A stretch of DNA of 43,408 bases from positions 1-43,408 of the IMG/VR virus record IMGVR_UViG_3300037420_002072; one strand, written 5' to 3'. The notes beneath the pieces are model-generated. The model was not told the DNA's origin and did no database searches. It saw only the letters and a program-made list of their open reading frames with translations. Below are positions 42,857 to 43,408 of this stretch, piece after piece. The stretch comes from a virus (taxonomy: Duplodnaviria > Caudoviricetes). Each line of letters opens with the position of its first letter. Position 1 is the stretch's first letter. A program made the translations under genes and the position numbers.

Positions 42857-43372
42857 ATGGCCTGCAGCGGAATCACATTTGGGAATTGCGGTTGCGCAGG
42901 AACTCCGCCAGGAAATGTTCCGCCCCCTGAGTGGATTAATCCACCTCCAGGCGGCGGACCGCCTTGGGGACAAGGCGGCGGGTCGGAGGAAGGACTGGTT
43001 GATTCGATTGAAGTGATATTTCGCGTCACTGGGTTTTCGCTCGCGGGCCCAACCTACGAGGTCGTTTACGTTTGGCCTCCTGGATTTCAGCCAGGTAGTG
43101 CGGGCGCCTCCGGTGTGATAGGGCGTTGGAGCCGACCCAACACTCAGCTTCAATGGAAGGCGAAATCCACCGGGTATGCCAATATTGTGCTCGATGCTTT
43201 TGGTGAGCCAAACGGCCCCGACTTCAGAGAAATTGCCACGATCCTAAACAATGCCAAATCTGGGTTTTTTACCTTCCCGCCAATTGGCAGTGCATTAGTC
43301 GGGGGTGTGGTGACCTGGCTTTCAAACCCTCAAGTCGGCGATTTATGGGGCTTTGGGTTCAAATGGCTTTAA
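42857..43372 (+). CDS. Hypothetical protein, last late gene
   Basis: Pro/Gly-rich N-terminus; ends just before the right-end repeat. Confidence 0.55.
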   Translation: MACSGITFGNCGCAGTPPGNVPPPEWINPPPGGGPPWGQGGGSEEGLVDSIEVIFRVTGFSLAGPTYEVVYVWPPGFQPGSAGASGVIGRWSRPNTQLQWKAKSTGYANIVLDAFGEPNGPDFREIATILNNAKSGFFTFPPIGSALVGGVVTWLSNPQVGDLWGFGFKWL

Positions 43373-43387
43373 AATGAGCGCGTGCGT

Positions 43388-43401
43388 GTCAAACCTCTGC
43401 G
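43388..43401 (-). repeat. Right-end inverted repeat, putative transposase site
   Basis: GTCAAACCTCTGCG is the reverse complement of CGCAGAGGTTTGAC at 272-285. Confidence 0.7.
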
Positions 43402-43408
43402 GATATGC

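Larger units (their letters stand above)
1..43408. mobile_element. Mu-like transposable phage/prophage, near complete, probably with a non-contractile tail
   Basis: Adjacent transposase and MuB-like ATPase, Gam, Ner/CI switch, Mu-type gp27/gp28/gp29/gpI/gp36/gp30/gp31-like late genes, tape measure, inverted end repeats; no integrase or sheath recognised. Confidence 0.93.

Noticed and set aside
1-43408. Apparent abundance of CGATCG/GCGATCGC (HIP1-like) sites
   Set aside because: Cannot be quantified by eye and is plausibly explained by GCG-ATC-GC codon usage; needs a Markov-model count
1-43408. tRNA or rRNA genes
   Set aside because: No cloverleaf with T-loop/D-loop consensus or rRNA-like segment noticed in the intergenic gaps

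Overview
The window is essentially one near-complete Mu-like transposable (pro)phage with a divergent, B3/BcepMu-type layout. The leftward early arm (258-13075) carries a Ner/Cro-like HTH, a DDE transposase, a MuB-like ATPase, Gam, a DnaA-CTD protein, an ASCH-like protein, a C5 methyltransferase and a minimal PolX. A CI-like S24 repressor and a membrane-protein cargo block follow (13170-17652), then a rightward late arm (18131-43372): lysis-like membrane genes, terminase, portal, protease/scaffold, capsid, a Dam-like MTase, spikes/fibres, tail tube and tape measure. A 14-bp inverted repeat near both window ends looks like a transposase binding site. The host is possibly Verrucomicrobiota/PVC (inference only, from TN-rich exported proteins and repeat style). 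The most unusual features are: (1) head proteins carry hydrophobic leaders ending in a shared L-A-N motif that also saturates the protease/scaffold, four tail-appendage proteins have Sec-type signal peptides, and no endolysin is recognisable, together suggesting membrane-coupled assembly or exit; (2) REP-like palindromes with compensatory changes and 9-bp tandem repeats sit in-frame inside essential genes, in different reading frames but the same genomic polarity; (3) a G-U-rich structured late leader RNA candidate; (4) a near-perfect parS site. All product calls come from motif recognition by eye, with no database searches.
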